A stretch of 64,000 nt of DNA from an uncultured Erysipelotrichaceae bacterium (lineage in GTDB: Bacteria > Bacillota_I > Bacilli_A > RFN20 > CAG-826), in contig CACYCS010000128.1 of assembly GCA_902773005.1 (NCBI GenBank), forward strand, positions 1,252 through 65,251, written 5' to 3'. This document shows positions 9,587 to 18,773 of this stretch, piece by piece (within the stretch, counting starts at the first letter, position 1; the number at the start of each line of letters is the position of its first letter). The notes below the pieces were generated by a model. The model had not been told where the DNA came from. It saw only the letters and a list, made by a program, of their open reading frames with translations, and ran no database searches. Made by a program: the position numbers and the translations under genes.

Positions 9587-10975
9587 ATGACGGAAGAAAA
9601 AATCAGAGAACTTCTAGACCGCGGCGAAGATTTCACCATCGAGTACAAAGAATGCACAGACGCTTTGAGCCATTCGGTCTTCGAGACTGTTTCCTCCTTT
9701 TCCAACAGATATGGAGGGTACTTGCTCCTAGGTGTGGAGGAAGTCGATCATAGAGGCGTCGTCAAAGGTGTCAACCGCAACGCGGCGCCTTCGATCAAGA
9801 AGAACTTCATCAACGTGCTCAATAACCCAGAGAAGATCTCGCCATCGCTATATCTGACCTTGGAGGAATTTGAGATCGATGGGAAATTGATTCTATGGGT
9901 CTATATCCCGGTCAGCTCACAGGTTATTTTCTGCGGCGGCAGAATCTATGACCGCAATGGCGATGCCGACCAAGACATCACGGATTCGACCGATTTGGTC
10001 GCGCACCTCTATGGCAGGAAGTCTCAAACATACCACGAAAGGAAGGTGTTCCCGTTTGCGACGACCGAACATCTCCGAATGGACTTGCTCCCGAAAATCC
10101 GCCAGATGGCGCTATCGAGAAGACCCGACCATCCTTGGAAGGATATGGACGATATGCAGCTTTTCAGAAACGCGGGCCTTTACGAAGATAACATACTGAC
10201 CGGCGAGAAGGGATTCAACTTGGCCGCAATCCTCCTTTTGGGAAAAGACGAGGTCATCCAATCCGCCTGCCCCGGATACCGCACCGATGCCATTTACCGC
10301 AACGAGAACCAAGATCGCTACGACGACCGCCTGATCGTTGAGACGAATCTCGTCGAGAGCTATCAGTTGCTCAAGGACTTTATCGCCAAGCATACGGACG
10401 ATAAGTTCTTCCTTGTGGATAATGTATCCACGAGCGTGCGGGATATTATCGCAAGGGAGATTGTGAGCAATGTCCTCGTCCATCGGGAATTCAGCAGCGC
10501 TTTTCCCGCGAAAATCATCATCGATCCGGAACGCATCGTAACGGAGAATTGGAACCGCCCCCAATTTCCCGGGAGAATCGATCCAAGCGCCTTCACTCCT
10601 TACCCGAAGAACCCGACGATCGCGAAGTTCTTCGTGAACATCGGGCTCGCCGATACTCTCGGCTCCGGTGTTCGCAATCTCTATAAGTATTCCAAGATAT
10701 ACTGCGGTGGTGAGCCCGAATTAGAGGAAGGGGACGTTTTCAAAATCTTCGTTCCTTTGAAGGCTAAGGCAAACGGCGAGACAAACCGCTACGGGCTGAC
10801 CGAGCGCCAACAGGGTATTCTGTCCTTGATTAGGGCCAACCCCACCATTAAAAGATCCGAACTGGCTGAAAAACTCGAGACGTCCGATAGAACGATTGAC
10901 CGAGAGATTTCGGAAATGAGAAAGAGGGCGTTGATTACTTTTGACAAGAAAACTCAAAAATGGATCTTCATATAA
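9587..10975 (+). CDS. AlbA_2 (Schlafen-like) DNA-binding domain protein with HATPase_c_4-like region and C-terminal wHTH (RecG-C-terminal-like putative regulator)
   Basis: EDFTIEYKEC...FSNRYGGYLLLGVEE is the AlbA_2 signature. ...REIVSNVLVHREF is HATPase_c_4-like. The C-terminus LTERQQGILSLIRANPTIKRSELAEKLETSDRTIDREI is an HTH. RBS AAAGGAGG precedes ATG 9587. Confidence 0.75.
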   Translation: MTEEKIRELLDRGEDFTIEYKECTDALSHSVFETVSSFSNRYGGYLLLGVEEVDHRGVVKGVNRNAAPSIKKNFINVLNNPEKISPSLYLTLEEFEIDGKLILWVYIPVSSQVIFCGGRIYDRNGDADQDITDSTDLVAHLYGRKSQTYHERKVFPFATTEHLRMDLLPKIRQMALSRRPDHPWKDMDDMQLFRNAGLYEDNILTGEKGFNLAAILLLGKDEVIQSACPGYRTDAIYRNENQDRYDDRLIVETNLVESYQLLKDFIAKHTDDKFFLVDNVSTSVRDIIAREIVSNVLVHREFSSAFPAKIIIDPERIVTENWNRPQFPGRIDPSAFTPYPKNPTIAKFFVNIGLADTLGSGVRNLYKYSKIYCGGEPELEEGDVFKIFVPLKAKANGETNRYGLTERQQGILSLIRANPTIKRSELAEKLETSDRTIDREISEMRKRALITFDKKTQKWIFI

Positions 10976-11007
10976 TGAACCGACTAGGATAAACCGTGGG
11001 GCCGCAG

Positions 11008-11300
11008 CAAAAAATCGTCGATCACACCGTCGGTCTCATAGGAGTCGCCAAGGAGTCGCCAAGGAGTCGCCAAGGAGTCGCCAAAAAAGCGTTAGTTCCA
11101 ATGGAAATCCGCATAGGAGTCGCCACGGAAAACCATCGATCACATCGCTGTTTTCATAGGAGTCGCCAAGGAGTCGCCAAGGAGTCGCCAAAAAAGCGTT
11201 AGTTCCAATGGCAATCCGCATAGGAGTCGCCACGGAAAACCCTCGATCACGCCGCTATTTCGTATGAATCGCCAAGGAGTCGTCATGGAGTCGCCAAGGA
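11008..11300 (+). repeat. Compound repeat array: about 2.5 units of ~118/108 bp, each containing tandem 11-mers GGAGTCGCCAA (about 12 GGAGTCGCC-like copies in total)
   Basis: GGAGTCGCC occurs at 11041, 11052, 11063, 11074, 11116, 11159, 11170, 11181, 11223 and 11287. Degenerate copies are at 11265 and 11276. Unit boundaries are marked by TCGATCAC(A/G)(C/T)CG at about 11016, 11135 and 11243. Confidence 0.95.
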
Positions 11301-11671
11301 TTGCGTTTCCATATGACATCTTTTATTAAGGAAAGCGACTCATATAGACAAGAGCCGCCTTATGGAAAGGGAGTGCCATCACCATTGGTTATGCCTTTTT
11401 TTAGACATAGAGATCCTTGATGGCGTTCCCCAAGAAATCAACGAGATGCCGCAATTGAACGCAAAATAGCTTAGGCGGTTATAACTTTTCAATTAGCTTT
11501 TGAAGCTTGCGGAATTCCCGCGGCGTCCTAACTTTCTTTGCGTCCTTGCCCCGCTTCGACTATGAAAACGCGGAAGCGCTGGCAAAGAAATCAGTTCGCT
11601 GCATAGGGCTTAACGAAATCAGTGTAGTGTCCTGATTTGCTGAAAAAGCGACACAATTTGGGACTTTGCCA

Positions 11672-12696
11672 TCACAAAAGGCGATCGATGGCCTGATATA
11701 TTGACATCGCGGCGTCTTTGGCGCGGCCGACGTCGAATTCAGGCTGATGGTTGGTAAGGCGGAGGACCAATAAGGCGACGACAGGAAGCGCGACGATGAT
11801 GGCGTTGATGGTCATCCGAATTCGGGTCTTTCTCCATTGCTTCACCGTTAGGCCAGCAGACTTTGGCACCTGAAGCAACGCAAGCACCACAACCGAGGTC
11901 ATGAGAATGAAGTAGGCATTGATCGCGAATAGATACCCCGCGGCCGCCATCGCGATCCATTGCCCATTCGCAAGGGCATATCCAACGGTGCAAAGAGGCG
12001 GCATAAGCGCGGTCGCGATGGCAACCCCTGGAATGACGTTCGAATATTGGCTTTGCCTAGTCGAGCGAGGATGCCCGCGATTCCGCCCGCGGTCGCGATG
12101 ATCACATCGAACACCGTGGGACTTGTCCTCGCTTTGAGTTGAGCGGTGAATTGGGTTACCCCGCAAGCGCGGCAGATCAAGAAGAAGATGGTCGCGATGG
12201 CTAAAGACGAGGCCACTTGGATGGCAAATCCCGCAAGGTGGCGGAAGAATAGATGCCTCTTTCCGGTGCAGATATCATAGGCAAGAGCCAGCAAAGTCCC
12301 CATTAAGGGCGAGATGAGCATCGCCCCGATGATGACGGCGATCGAATCGGTGATGAGGCCCACGCAGGCGATGAGTATCGCGCAAAGAAGGATCGTGGTG
12401 TTGATCCCCGTGATTCGGCCATTGCTCAATAGCCTTTCTCCAATCTCTTCGTGGGCCAAGGCATCATCGCGGATCGAGAAGGTCTTGCGAAGGAGGTATT
12501 TGAAATGGCGCCAGCTCGATTTCTTCGCGGCCCTATCGCGCATCGTGAGGATCTTGTCGGCTTCCTCGATGTCGGTGTCGTCCGTAACGTCGCGGTGAGA
12601 TATCTCCTCCACCGCTTCCGCGCTTATCTCCTCGTCCGAGACGAATTGGTCCAAGACATGCTTTTCGTGTTTCTCTTGCTTATCGTCTTCTTGCAT
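11672..12696 (-). pseudogene. DUF389-family membrane protein split by a frameshift near 12030-12075
   Basis: ORF 11899..12696 (...ISPLMGTLLALAY...VIIATAGGIAGILA) and ORF 11672..12166 (...NVIPGVAIATALMPPLCTVGYALANG...) are consecutive parts of one DUF389-like protein in two frames. Confidence 0.6.
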
Positions 12697-12810
12697 TCGT
12701 TTACCTCAAAAAACAACGGAATAAGTTAAACGCAGCGTTGCAAAATTGGGAGTGCTTTTTATGCATTTCAAAAAATTGGTTGAGGACGTGCATGCGTTTT
12801 CGCCTTTAAG

Positions 12811-13701
12811 CTATGCATCTGGGATATCGAAATGCTTCGGGGTCTCGCTTAGGGCGGGCTTCAGGCGATGGACCGCTTGCTCAAGCTTTTCGAATAGCCC
12901 CTCTTCCTTCAATATCTTCTCCATCTCATTCGTTAGGAATGCCGATGCATCGAAATCGCCATAGGCATCGATGTAGCTTAACGCGGCCTCGGGCTCATAA
13001 TAAGTCGCGAGCAGGACAAGGAACGCTTCGTAGATCGTCCGTCTGTCCTTCTCCGCCTTGCGCTTCTCCTCATCGACTTTGACGTCGACCCCAAGCTCTT
13101 TCGCGACCTGCTTCTCGTGTTTGAAGTAATTCTTCATCTCGCGGGTCATATAATCGATTTCATTTTCACGTTCGATGTCCAAAGGCTTATCGAAATCGCC
13201 GAACTTCTCAATGTGGACGTTCCAAGGGAAATAGATGCCTTCGTCCTCGTCTTCCTCATCGAGATTAGGATCGATTTCGCCATCCAATAGCGCATATAGG
13301 CTCCCGATATTGTCTTCCCATATCCCTTGGCCTGCGCCTTCTAAGACGATGAGGGGCGCTTTGGAGTCGCGCTCAACGCGCTTCTTGTAGGCTTTGAAAT
13401 GGAAATCCCATCCGTCTCCCATGTCATAGGTGAAGTCGAATTTATCGCCGAGCTCCTCTAGCTTGTAGCAACCCATCCAGCGGTCCTCGAATCCCGGCAT
13501 GGCGTCTTTCATGAAATCGGCAGGCTGGAAGTAAAACTTCCCTTTGCTAAATTGGAACAGATGCTCCATCTCGCCGTGCACCGCGCAGACGAACCTCCAA
13601 CCGAATTCCAATAAGTCGATGTCTTCCTTCACTAGGATTACGCGGTAAAATCGCCCTTTCTCGGCATGTTCGAAGTCGGCGCGAAGCTTGATGTATTTCA
13701 T
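12811..13701 (-). CDS. pRiA4b ORF-3-like (PF07929-type) protein
   Basis: 296 aa. YRVILVKEDIDLLEF...FTYDMGDGWDFHF resembles the YDFGDxWxH signature of this family. The call is from memory only. Confidence 0.45.
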   Translation of the reverse strand: MKYIKLRADFEHAEKGRFYRVILVKEDIDLLEFGWRFVCAVHGEMEHLFQFSKGKFYFQPADFMKDAMPGFEDRWMGCYKLEELGDKFDFTYDMGDGWDFHFKAYKKRVERDSKAPLIVLEGAGQGIWEDNIGSLYALLDGEIDPNLDEEDEDEGIYFPWNVHIEKFGDFDKPLDIERENEIDYMTREMKNYFKHEKQVAKELGVDVKVDEEKRKAEKDRRTIYEAFLVLLATYYEPEAALSYIDAYGDFDASAFLTNEMEKILKEEGLFEKLEQAVHRLKPALSETPKHFDIPDA

Positions 13702-13843
13702 GAGGTTTCTCCTTGTTCTTCTAATTATCCCACCGAAACCTCCATTCGTTTAGTCCCAATTTCTATTTCCCTTTCGAAGCCAATTCCGCTTCGCTTTATG
13801 GTAAGATAGCCCTAGTTCTCAAAGGAAACCAGGAGACCAGCAT

Positions 13844-14254
13844 ATGAAGAAAATTAGAGCCGCCGCATTGCTATTAGGGATCGTGCCCCTTTGCGCCTGC
13901 ACTGCCATTAGCCCCGACAAAGCCAAGGAAAAGCTAGAAGGCGAAGGATATAGCGTCAAGATCATGGACGAAAGCGAATACGAGAAATCATCCTTTGCTG
14001 ACACCGCCCTCTATTGGAGCCCGAGCATGGATTACTTCCTATCGGCTGAAGATGGGGAAAAGACCAACTACCTTTTCGCTTGGTATTTCATGAGCAACAA
14101 CGCCGCTTCCAACTGGAACGACCTCAATAGCCCTTGGTTCAATGACATCAAGGTCGAAGGCAACGTTAGCCTTACTAGCGGAATGAAGAACAATGTCGTC
14201 TGGGTCGGCACCAATGCCGCCGCCGGAGTCGTCGGATTCAATTCGCTGTTCTGA
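13844..14254 (+). CDS. Small putative lipoprotein
   Basis: The signal peptide MKKIRAAALLLGIVPLCAC has a lipobox-like Cys. Confidence 0.5.
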   Translation: MKKIRAAALLLGIVPLCACTAISPDKAKEKLEGEGYSVKIMDESEYEKSSFADTALYWSPSMDYFLSAEDGEKTNYLFAWYFMSNNAASNWNDLNSPWFNDIKVEGNVSLTSGMKNNVVWVGTNAAAGVVGFNSLF

Positions 14255-14626
14255 TTCTTCGGCTGTGGGCGAAATATCGATACACGTCCCTATCGGATTG
14301 CTTTCATTCGACAAATTTAGGCGTAGATAGCAAGTCGGCTTGTTCATTAAAACAGGCCGATTTCTTTTTGCGGAGCAAGAAGAAGTTAAGGCTGAGCACC
14401 ATATTCACATGCGCGAATGCTTCGGCAAGCCCCCGCGTTTGGCGTGCCTAAACCAAGGCAAATCGCGCCCAGTGCGTTTGTCATGCATCGCTTTCAATAA
14501 CGGAGAGGAAAAGGACGATGTGGGGAGTGCGAATCCTCCTATTTTCGGTCTTGGTCATGTCTCCCACTTGGTGAGTATTTGAGCCGACGGGGTTAGGATT
14601 GCTGCGTGGCAGAAGATAGTAAGTAT

Positions 14627-14697
14627 TATTGAAGTTACTTCAACAACATATTGAAGTGTTATTGAAGTTGTTATTGAAGTGTAATTGAAGTAAAATC
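14627..14697 (+). repeat. Left copy of a 70-bp direct repeat flanking the second AlbA_2 gene; built from six TTGAAGT half-sites
   Basis: TATTGAAGTTACTTCAACAACATATTGAAGTGTTATTGAAGTTGTTATTGAAGTGTAATTGAAGTAAAATC. The first two half-sites form the palindrome TTGAAGTtACTTCAA. Confidence 0.95.
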
Positions 14698-14716
14698 TTT
14701 TGCGGAGGAAAACCGC

Positions 14717-16159
14717 ATGATCCTTACTGAATTATTTCCGTCCTACACATTAGAGGATGGCAATTTTGAAGCGAAACTTATTTTGGAAAGAGACAAGCCA
14801 TTAAGCTGGTTAAAGACAGTTGACGGCTTCGCGAATGCCAAAGGCGGCACTCTTGTTTTAGGCGTGGAAGATGACGGGAAGACCGTCATTGGCTTTGACT
14901 TAGAAAAGTTAGCCAGCGAAAAGGATTTTTTCCTCAAGACCGTCCGGGAGCACTTCAAAGTTGCTCCGGTGGTCGATATTAAGCCCGTTCCTTATGAGAT
15001 ACACGGCAAGACGAGGTATCTTCTGACGATTTTCATTCCTTCGTCAAAAAGCAAACCCGTGATTCTTTCCTACGAGGGCTTGGGTTTGATCTTCATGCGC
15101 AGAGACGGATTCACGAGTCCTGCCACGGCCGAGGAAATCCGCCAAATGGCCGTCTCCACCCCTGCCGTAGCTTTCGACAGGCAAATCACAAATGTGAACT
15201 ATAATCCGGAAGATTTCCGAGGCTTCTATGCCTTTTTCCAAGAAAGAAACGAAGGGAAAATACCAAGCGAGAAAGGGTTGAAGTCTCTCCCGTTTTTCTC
15301 CGATGATGGCAAACTCTTTATGGGCGCTTATTTGTTCTCGGATTCTTTTTCCGGAGGAGAAACCAAAGTCGTATGTACCCAATACCCAGGGAAGAACCGC
15401 GGTTCGAGGGAGGTCATCGCGACACAAGAATACGAGGGTGGCCTTATTGGTGCTTATCACTTCATCGACGATTTCGTACGCTCAAGAGAAAATCACGGCT
15501 ACATCAAATATGCCACGGGCCGCAAGGACGTGGATAGCTATCCTAACCGCGCCCTTTTCGAGGCGATCATCAACGCCCTGGCCCACCGCGACTATCTTCT
15601 TTCTGGAGAGCAGATAAGCGTGGATATGTTCGTCGATCGGCTTGTGATTTCCACGCCCGGTAATTTCTACGAAGTGGGGAACCTCCCTGTGACCTATGAA
15701 ATCAAGGACCTCCTATCTAGGAAAAGGAACGAACTTGTTTGCAGTATCTTCGTCTACGCCCATGCGATGGAAGCAAGAGGGAGCGGTTTTGAGTTGATTC
15801 AGGAAGAATATGCCGAGCAAGACCGTGCACACCGTCCATGCGTTTACTCCCATTCAAATCAATTCACGATCATCCTTCCAGACATCACTTATGCACCCGG
15901 TGTGGACATCGCCAATGAAAGCATCGAGGTTCTCGGTGAAATCCAAAATGAAACAGAACGCGACACCGCGATCTTGGCTTTTTGTTTTGATCAGCCCAAA
16001 TCCAGTCGCGAGATTGCCACCTACTTAAAGATCAGTGACTCCTCCTTCCTTAGAAAACAGTTGCTTGCAAGACTCGAAGAACAAGGGTATCTCATCAAAA
16101 AGAGCCAAGGAAGAACAACGCTGTATCAATCAAACCCCGCCAGAATAAAGCTTCGTTAA
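14717..16159 (+). CDS. AlbA_2 (Schlafen-like) domain protein with HATPase_c_4-like region and C-terminal wHTH
   Basis: FEAKLILE...VDGFANAKGGTLVLGVEDDG is the AlbA_2 signature. ALFEAIINALAHRDY is HATPase_c_4-like. The C-terminus is SSREIATYLKISDSSFLRKQLLARLEEQGYL. Confidence 0.75.
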   Translation: MILTELFPSYTLEDGNFEAKLILERDKPLSWLKTVDGFANAKGGTLVLGVEDDGKTVIGFDLEKLASEKDFFLKTVREHFKVAPVVDIKPVPYEIHGKTRYLLTIFIPSSKSKPVILSYEGLGLIFMRRDGFTSPATAEEIRQMAVSTPAVAFDRQITNVNYNPEDFRGFYAFFQERNEGKIPSEKGLKSLPFFSDDGKLFMGAYLFSDSFSGGETKVVCTQYPGKNRGSREVIATQEYEGGLIGAYHFIDDFVRSRENHGYIKYATGRKDVDSYPNRALFEAIINALAHRDYLLSGEQISVDMFVDRLVISTPGNFYEVGNLPVTYEIKDLLSRKRNELVCSIFVYAHAMEARGSGFELIQEEYAEQDRAHRPCVYSHSNQFTIILPDITYAPGVDIANESIEVLGEIQNETERDTAILAFCFDQPKSSREIATYLKISDSSFLRKQLLARLEEQGYLIKKSQGRTTLYQSNPARIKLR

Positions 16160-16165
16160 GAGGCT

Positions 16166-16235
16166 TATTGAAGTTACTTCAACAACTTATTGAAGTGTTA
16201 TTGAAGTTGTTATTGAAGTGTAATTGAAGTAAATC
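16166..16235 (+). repeat. Right copy of the 70-bp direct repeat flanking the second AlbA_2 gene
   Basis: Identical to 14627-14697 except for one A/T substitution and one A indel. It starts 7 nt after the stop codon. Confidence 0.95.
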
Positions 16236-16548
16236 TATCATTTGGATTTCAAACCATTTTCGCACCAAGGATCCTGCGGGTTTCCATTGCCCCACAATCA
16301 TATAAAGGATAGTCATGGTTTCCTAAATTCATGCTGAGGAAAAAGTCCATGATGATGAGCTATTGGCCGCAATCGAGAAGACTAGCGAATCTGCAAAGGC
16401 GCCCTTAAATTCCGCCACAAGAGAAAGCAGGGCAAGAATCCATTAAGGCTGTGCACCATATTCGCGATTTTGATTCGCATCGAGCAATAGAATCTCGCAT
16501 CAATTTTCTAGGTCCGCCACAAAACAAGTTTGGCTTGCTACTATCGGG

Positions 16549-16583
16549 TCGAAATAGAAAAGCCCGCCGATAGTTAGGCGGGC
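16549..16583 (-). terminator. Rho-independent terminator of the MIP channel gene
   Basis: Stem GCCCGCC (16562-16568) pairs with GGCGGGC (16577-16583). On the minus strand it is followed by TTTTCTATTT. Confidence 0.75.
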
Positions 16584-16605
16584 AGATAGGCGATACGTGT
16601 ATCGA

Positions 16606-17313
16606 TTATTCAGCTTTTTCAGCGTGGAGAACTTTGTAGAGCAAAGCGGCCAAAGCACCGCCCACAAGAGGTCCAACGATGAACATCCAAACCTGGGCAA
16701 GGGCAGTCGCATCGCCGTTATAGATAAGGGCACTGAAGGCTGTCGCGATGCTACGGGCAGGGTTGACCGAGGTGCCGGTCAAAGTGATGCCGATGAGGTG
16801 GACGAGGGTGAGGGTGAGTCCGATCACGATTCCCGCGATCTTGCCGTGTCCTGCCTTTTCGTCGGTGACGTTAAGGATGACGTAGACGAAGATGAGGGTC
16901 AAGACGATTTCGGCGATCAACGCCCCGAAGATGCCGCCGGCAGTCAGCCCATTCGCAGCATAGCCGACCGCGTAGTTGCAGGCATCGCCAACGGGAGTGA
17001 CGCCAGCCATCTTGAAGATTCCAAATACCAAGATCGCACCGAGGAATCCGCCGACGATCTGCGCGCAAACGTAGACGAGGAATTCCTTGAGGGTCATGCG
17101 CTTGGCGAGCAAGCAGCCAAGGGAGACCGCGGGGTTGATGTGGCAGCCGCTGATGCGACCGATCGAATAGGCCATCGCAACGATGGTAAGGCCAAAGGCC
17201 AAGGACGTGGCGACTAATTCACCGCCGGTCCAGCCTGCGACGCCGCAGGCAGCGAAGACGAGCACGAATGTTCCAATGCATTCCGCGATTGCCTTCTTGA
17301 GCAAATCATTCAT
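16606..17313 (-). CDS. MIP-family channel (aquaporin / glycerol facilitator)
   Basis: 235 aa with two NPA boxes (GCHINPAVS and GTSVNPARS) and a six-TM profile. Confidence 0.9.
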   Translation of the reverse strand: MNDLLKKAIAECIGTFVLVFAACGVAGWTGGELVATSLAFGLTIVAMAYSIGRISGCHINPAVSLGCLLAKRMTLKEFLVYVCAQIVGGFLGAILVFGIFKMAGVTPVGDACNYAVGYAANGLTAGGIFGALIAEIVLTLIFVYVILNVTDEKAGHGKIAGIVIGLTLTLVHLIGITLTGTSVNPARSIATAFSALIYNGDATALAQVWMFIVGPLVGGALAALLYKVLHAEKAE

Positions 17314-17473
17314 TCAATTTACCTCCAGAATGGTTCAAACGGGAGATATTATAGTCACCTTTTGGACGGTTGATTAAAAATTTTTATGTTGCGCGCGCGA
17401 AAAAATGCGTTCGAGAGAAATATGTAGAGCCCACTCGGCTGTGTTGAAGGGAATGCCCCGTTTTCGGCAAGTC

Positions 17474-18505
17474 TTATTGCCGGTTCACGCCTTCTGGCGG
17501 AGTGATGGTCACCCCACCGAAATTAGAGAAGACGATCGAGGTTTCGAATCTCGCGTATTTCGAGATATTGAAGTCCACTTTCCCAGAATTGCCATATTCG
17601 CCCCACACCGCTTTCGCGTTGTAGGTGATGGTCAATGTGACGATCTCGCCTTGTTCTATGTCTGGGACGATCTTGAAGTCATCAAGCTCCCAATCAGGAT
17701 AGGATTCCTTCGCAAAATAAGAGAAGCTGGTCCAATCGGATTTCCTCGCGTATTCCGCCGCGAACTCAAGGTCAAAGGGTATTTTAACAGAGTCCGAAAC
17801 AAACGCGTCCTGTCCTTCGTCAGAAATCGCTTCAAACGAATCCTCGAATTCGCTTAGAAGCGAGGACAGCGTCTTTGTCATGAATCCATAATTGTAGCCC
17901 GAGATAAAGAAGGCCGTATTGAATTTGGGATAGGCCCAATATTCCTTATGGTCGTTAAATCCCGCGCCATAGCTAAGTTCATAGTAACGGTGATTGGTCC
18001 CATCTTCATCAAGAACCATATAGACGGGATAATTTGGATCATCGTATCCAAGGTATTCGTTACCGTTAGCAAATCCCGTCTCGTGGCTGGTTTCCGTGGA
18101 TCCACCGCCATAATCCGTGATGCGATTGAATTCGATCTCGAAATTGGCGTTCTGGTCCAAAGTGTTCGCAACCTCGATAACATTCGCAAGCGCGATGCCT
18201 TGATCCGTCGCGACCTCAGAGGATGCAGGTTCGGAAACGATTTCGATGGGCGACTCGCTAGAAGCGATTTCCATTTGCCCATGCGAAACTTCTGTGGTCT
18301 CAGGCTCGGATTCGATTTCTTCCTCGCCTCTAGAAAGGTCAATAGACTCGATTTCCGGGGATCCGCTGGAGACGGCTTCTGGCTGAACGCTTGAAGCTGA
18401 TTCATTTGAGTGAGACAAGTTGTCTTGGCTCGATTGCGTAGAATCGCCGCAAGAGGCTAATAGCGTAACGGAAAGTGCGCTAATAAGAACTAGGGACTTC
18501 TTCAT
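17474..18505 (-). CDS. Lipoprotein of unknown function
   Basis: MKKSLVLISALSVTLLASCGDS is a signal peptide with lipobox. It is followed by an S/E-rich linker. Confidence 0.7.
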   Translation of the reverse strand: MKKSLVLISALSVTLLASCGDSTQSSQDNLSHSNESASSVQPEAVSSGSPEIESIDLSRGEEEIESEPETTEVSHGQMEIASSESPIEIVSEPASSEVATDQGIALANVIEVANTLDQNANFEIEFNRITDYGGGSTETSHETGFANGNEYLGYDDPNYPVYMVLDEDGTNHRYYELSYGAGFNDHKEYWAYPKFNTAFFISGYNYGFMTKTLSSLLSEFEDSFEAISDEGQDAFVSDSVKIPFDLEFAAEYARKSDWTSFSYFAKESYPDWELDDFKIVPDIEQGEIVTLTITYNAKAVWGEYGNSGKVDFNISKYARFETSIVFSNFGGVTITPPEGVNRQ

Positions 18506-18614
18506 AATGGATATTCCCTCCTAACTACATATAAGGATAAACCCTTATCGGCATCACATTAAGAGAAAATAGGGTCCTAAGATGAACGAAAAGCGCCCGC
18601 AGAGAAAACAGCCG

Positions 18615-18720
18615 AACCGCTGGGTATAACGTCATTTTGAAGGGATAGCCAGCGGTTTTATTCAAATTTTAGGCAAAAACCGCTGGGTATAACGCATTTT
18701 CGGTGGGATAACCAGCGGTT
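18615..18720 (+). repeat. Two 43-bp imperfect palindromes (AACCGCTGGGTATAACG..N..GGGATA(G/A)CCAGCGGTT) directly upstream of the ATPase promoter
   Basis: Copies at 18615-18657 and 18678-18720. The 9-bp arms AACCGCTGG/CCAGCGGTT are perfect. A TATAAT -10 box lies at 18749-18754. Confidence 0.95.
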
Positions 18721-18773
18721 AGCACTTTTATGTTTTTAGGTATAGGGCTATAATTTTTCCGGAGGTTTACGCA

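Noticed and set aside
10941-11233. Three overlapping ORFs (10941-11159 +, 10996-11202 +, 11036-11233 -) over the GGAGTCGCC array.
   Set aside because: Their open frames result from the tandem 11-mer repeat (peptides such as SRQGVAKESP are reiterated). They have no RBS and occur on both strands.
18615-18720. A CRISPR interpretation of the various short repeat arrays (2904-3019, 11008-11300, 18615-18720, 46434-46545).
   Set aside because: There are only 2-4 copies, or the copies are contiguous tandem units. Spacers are too short or are conserved. No cas genes or leader are present. Every array is tied to a specific ATPase or AlbA_2 gene.
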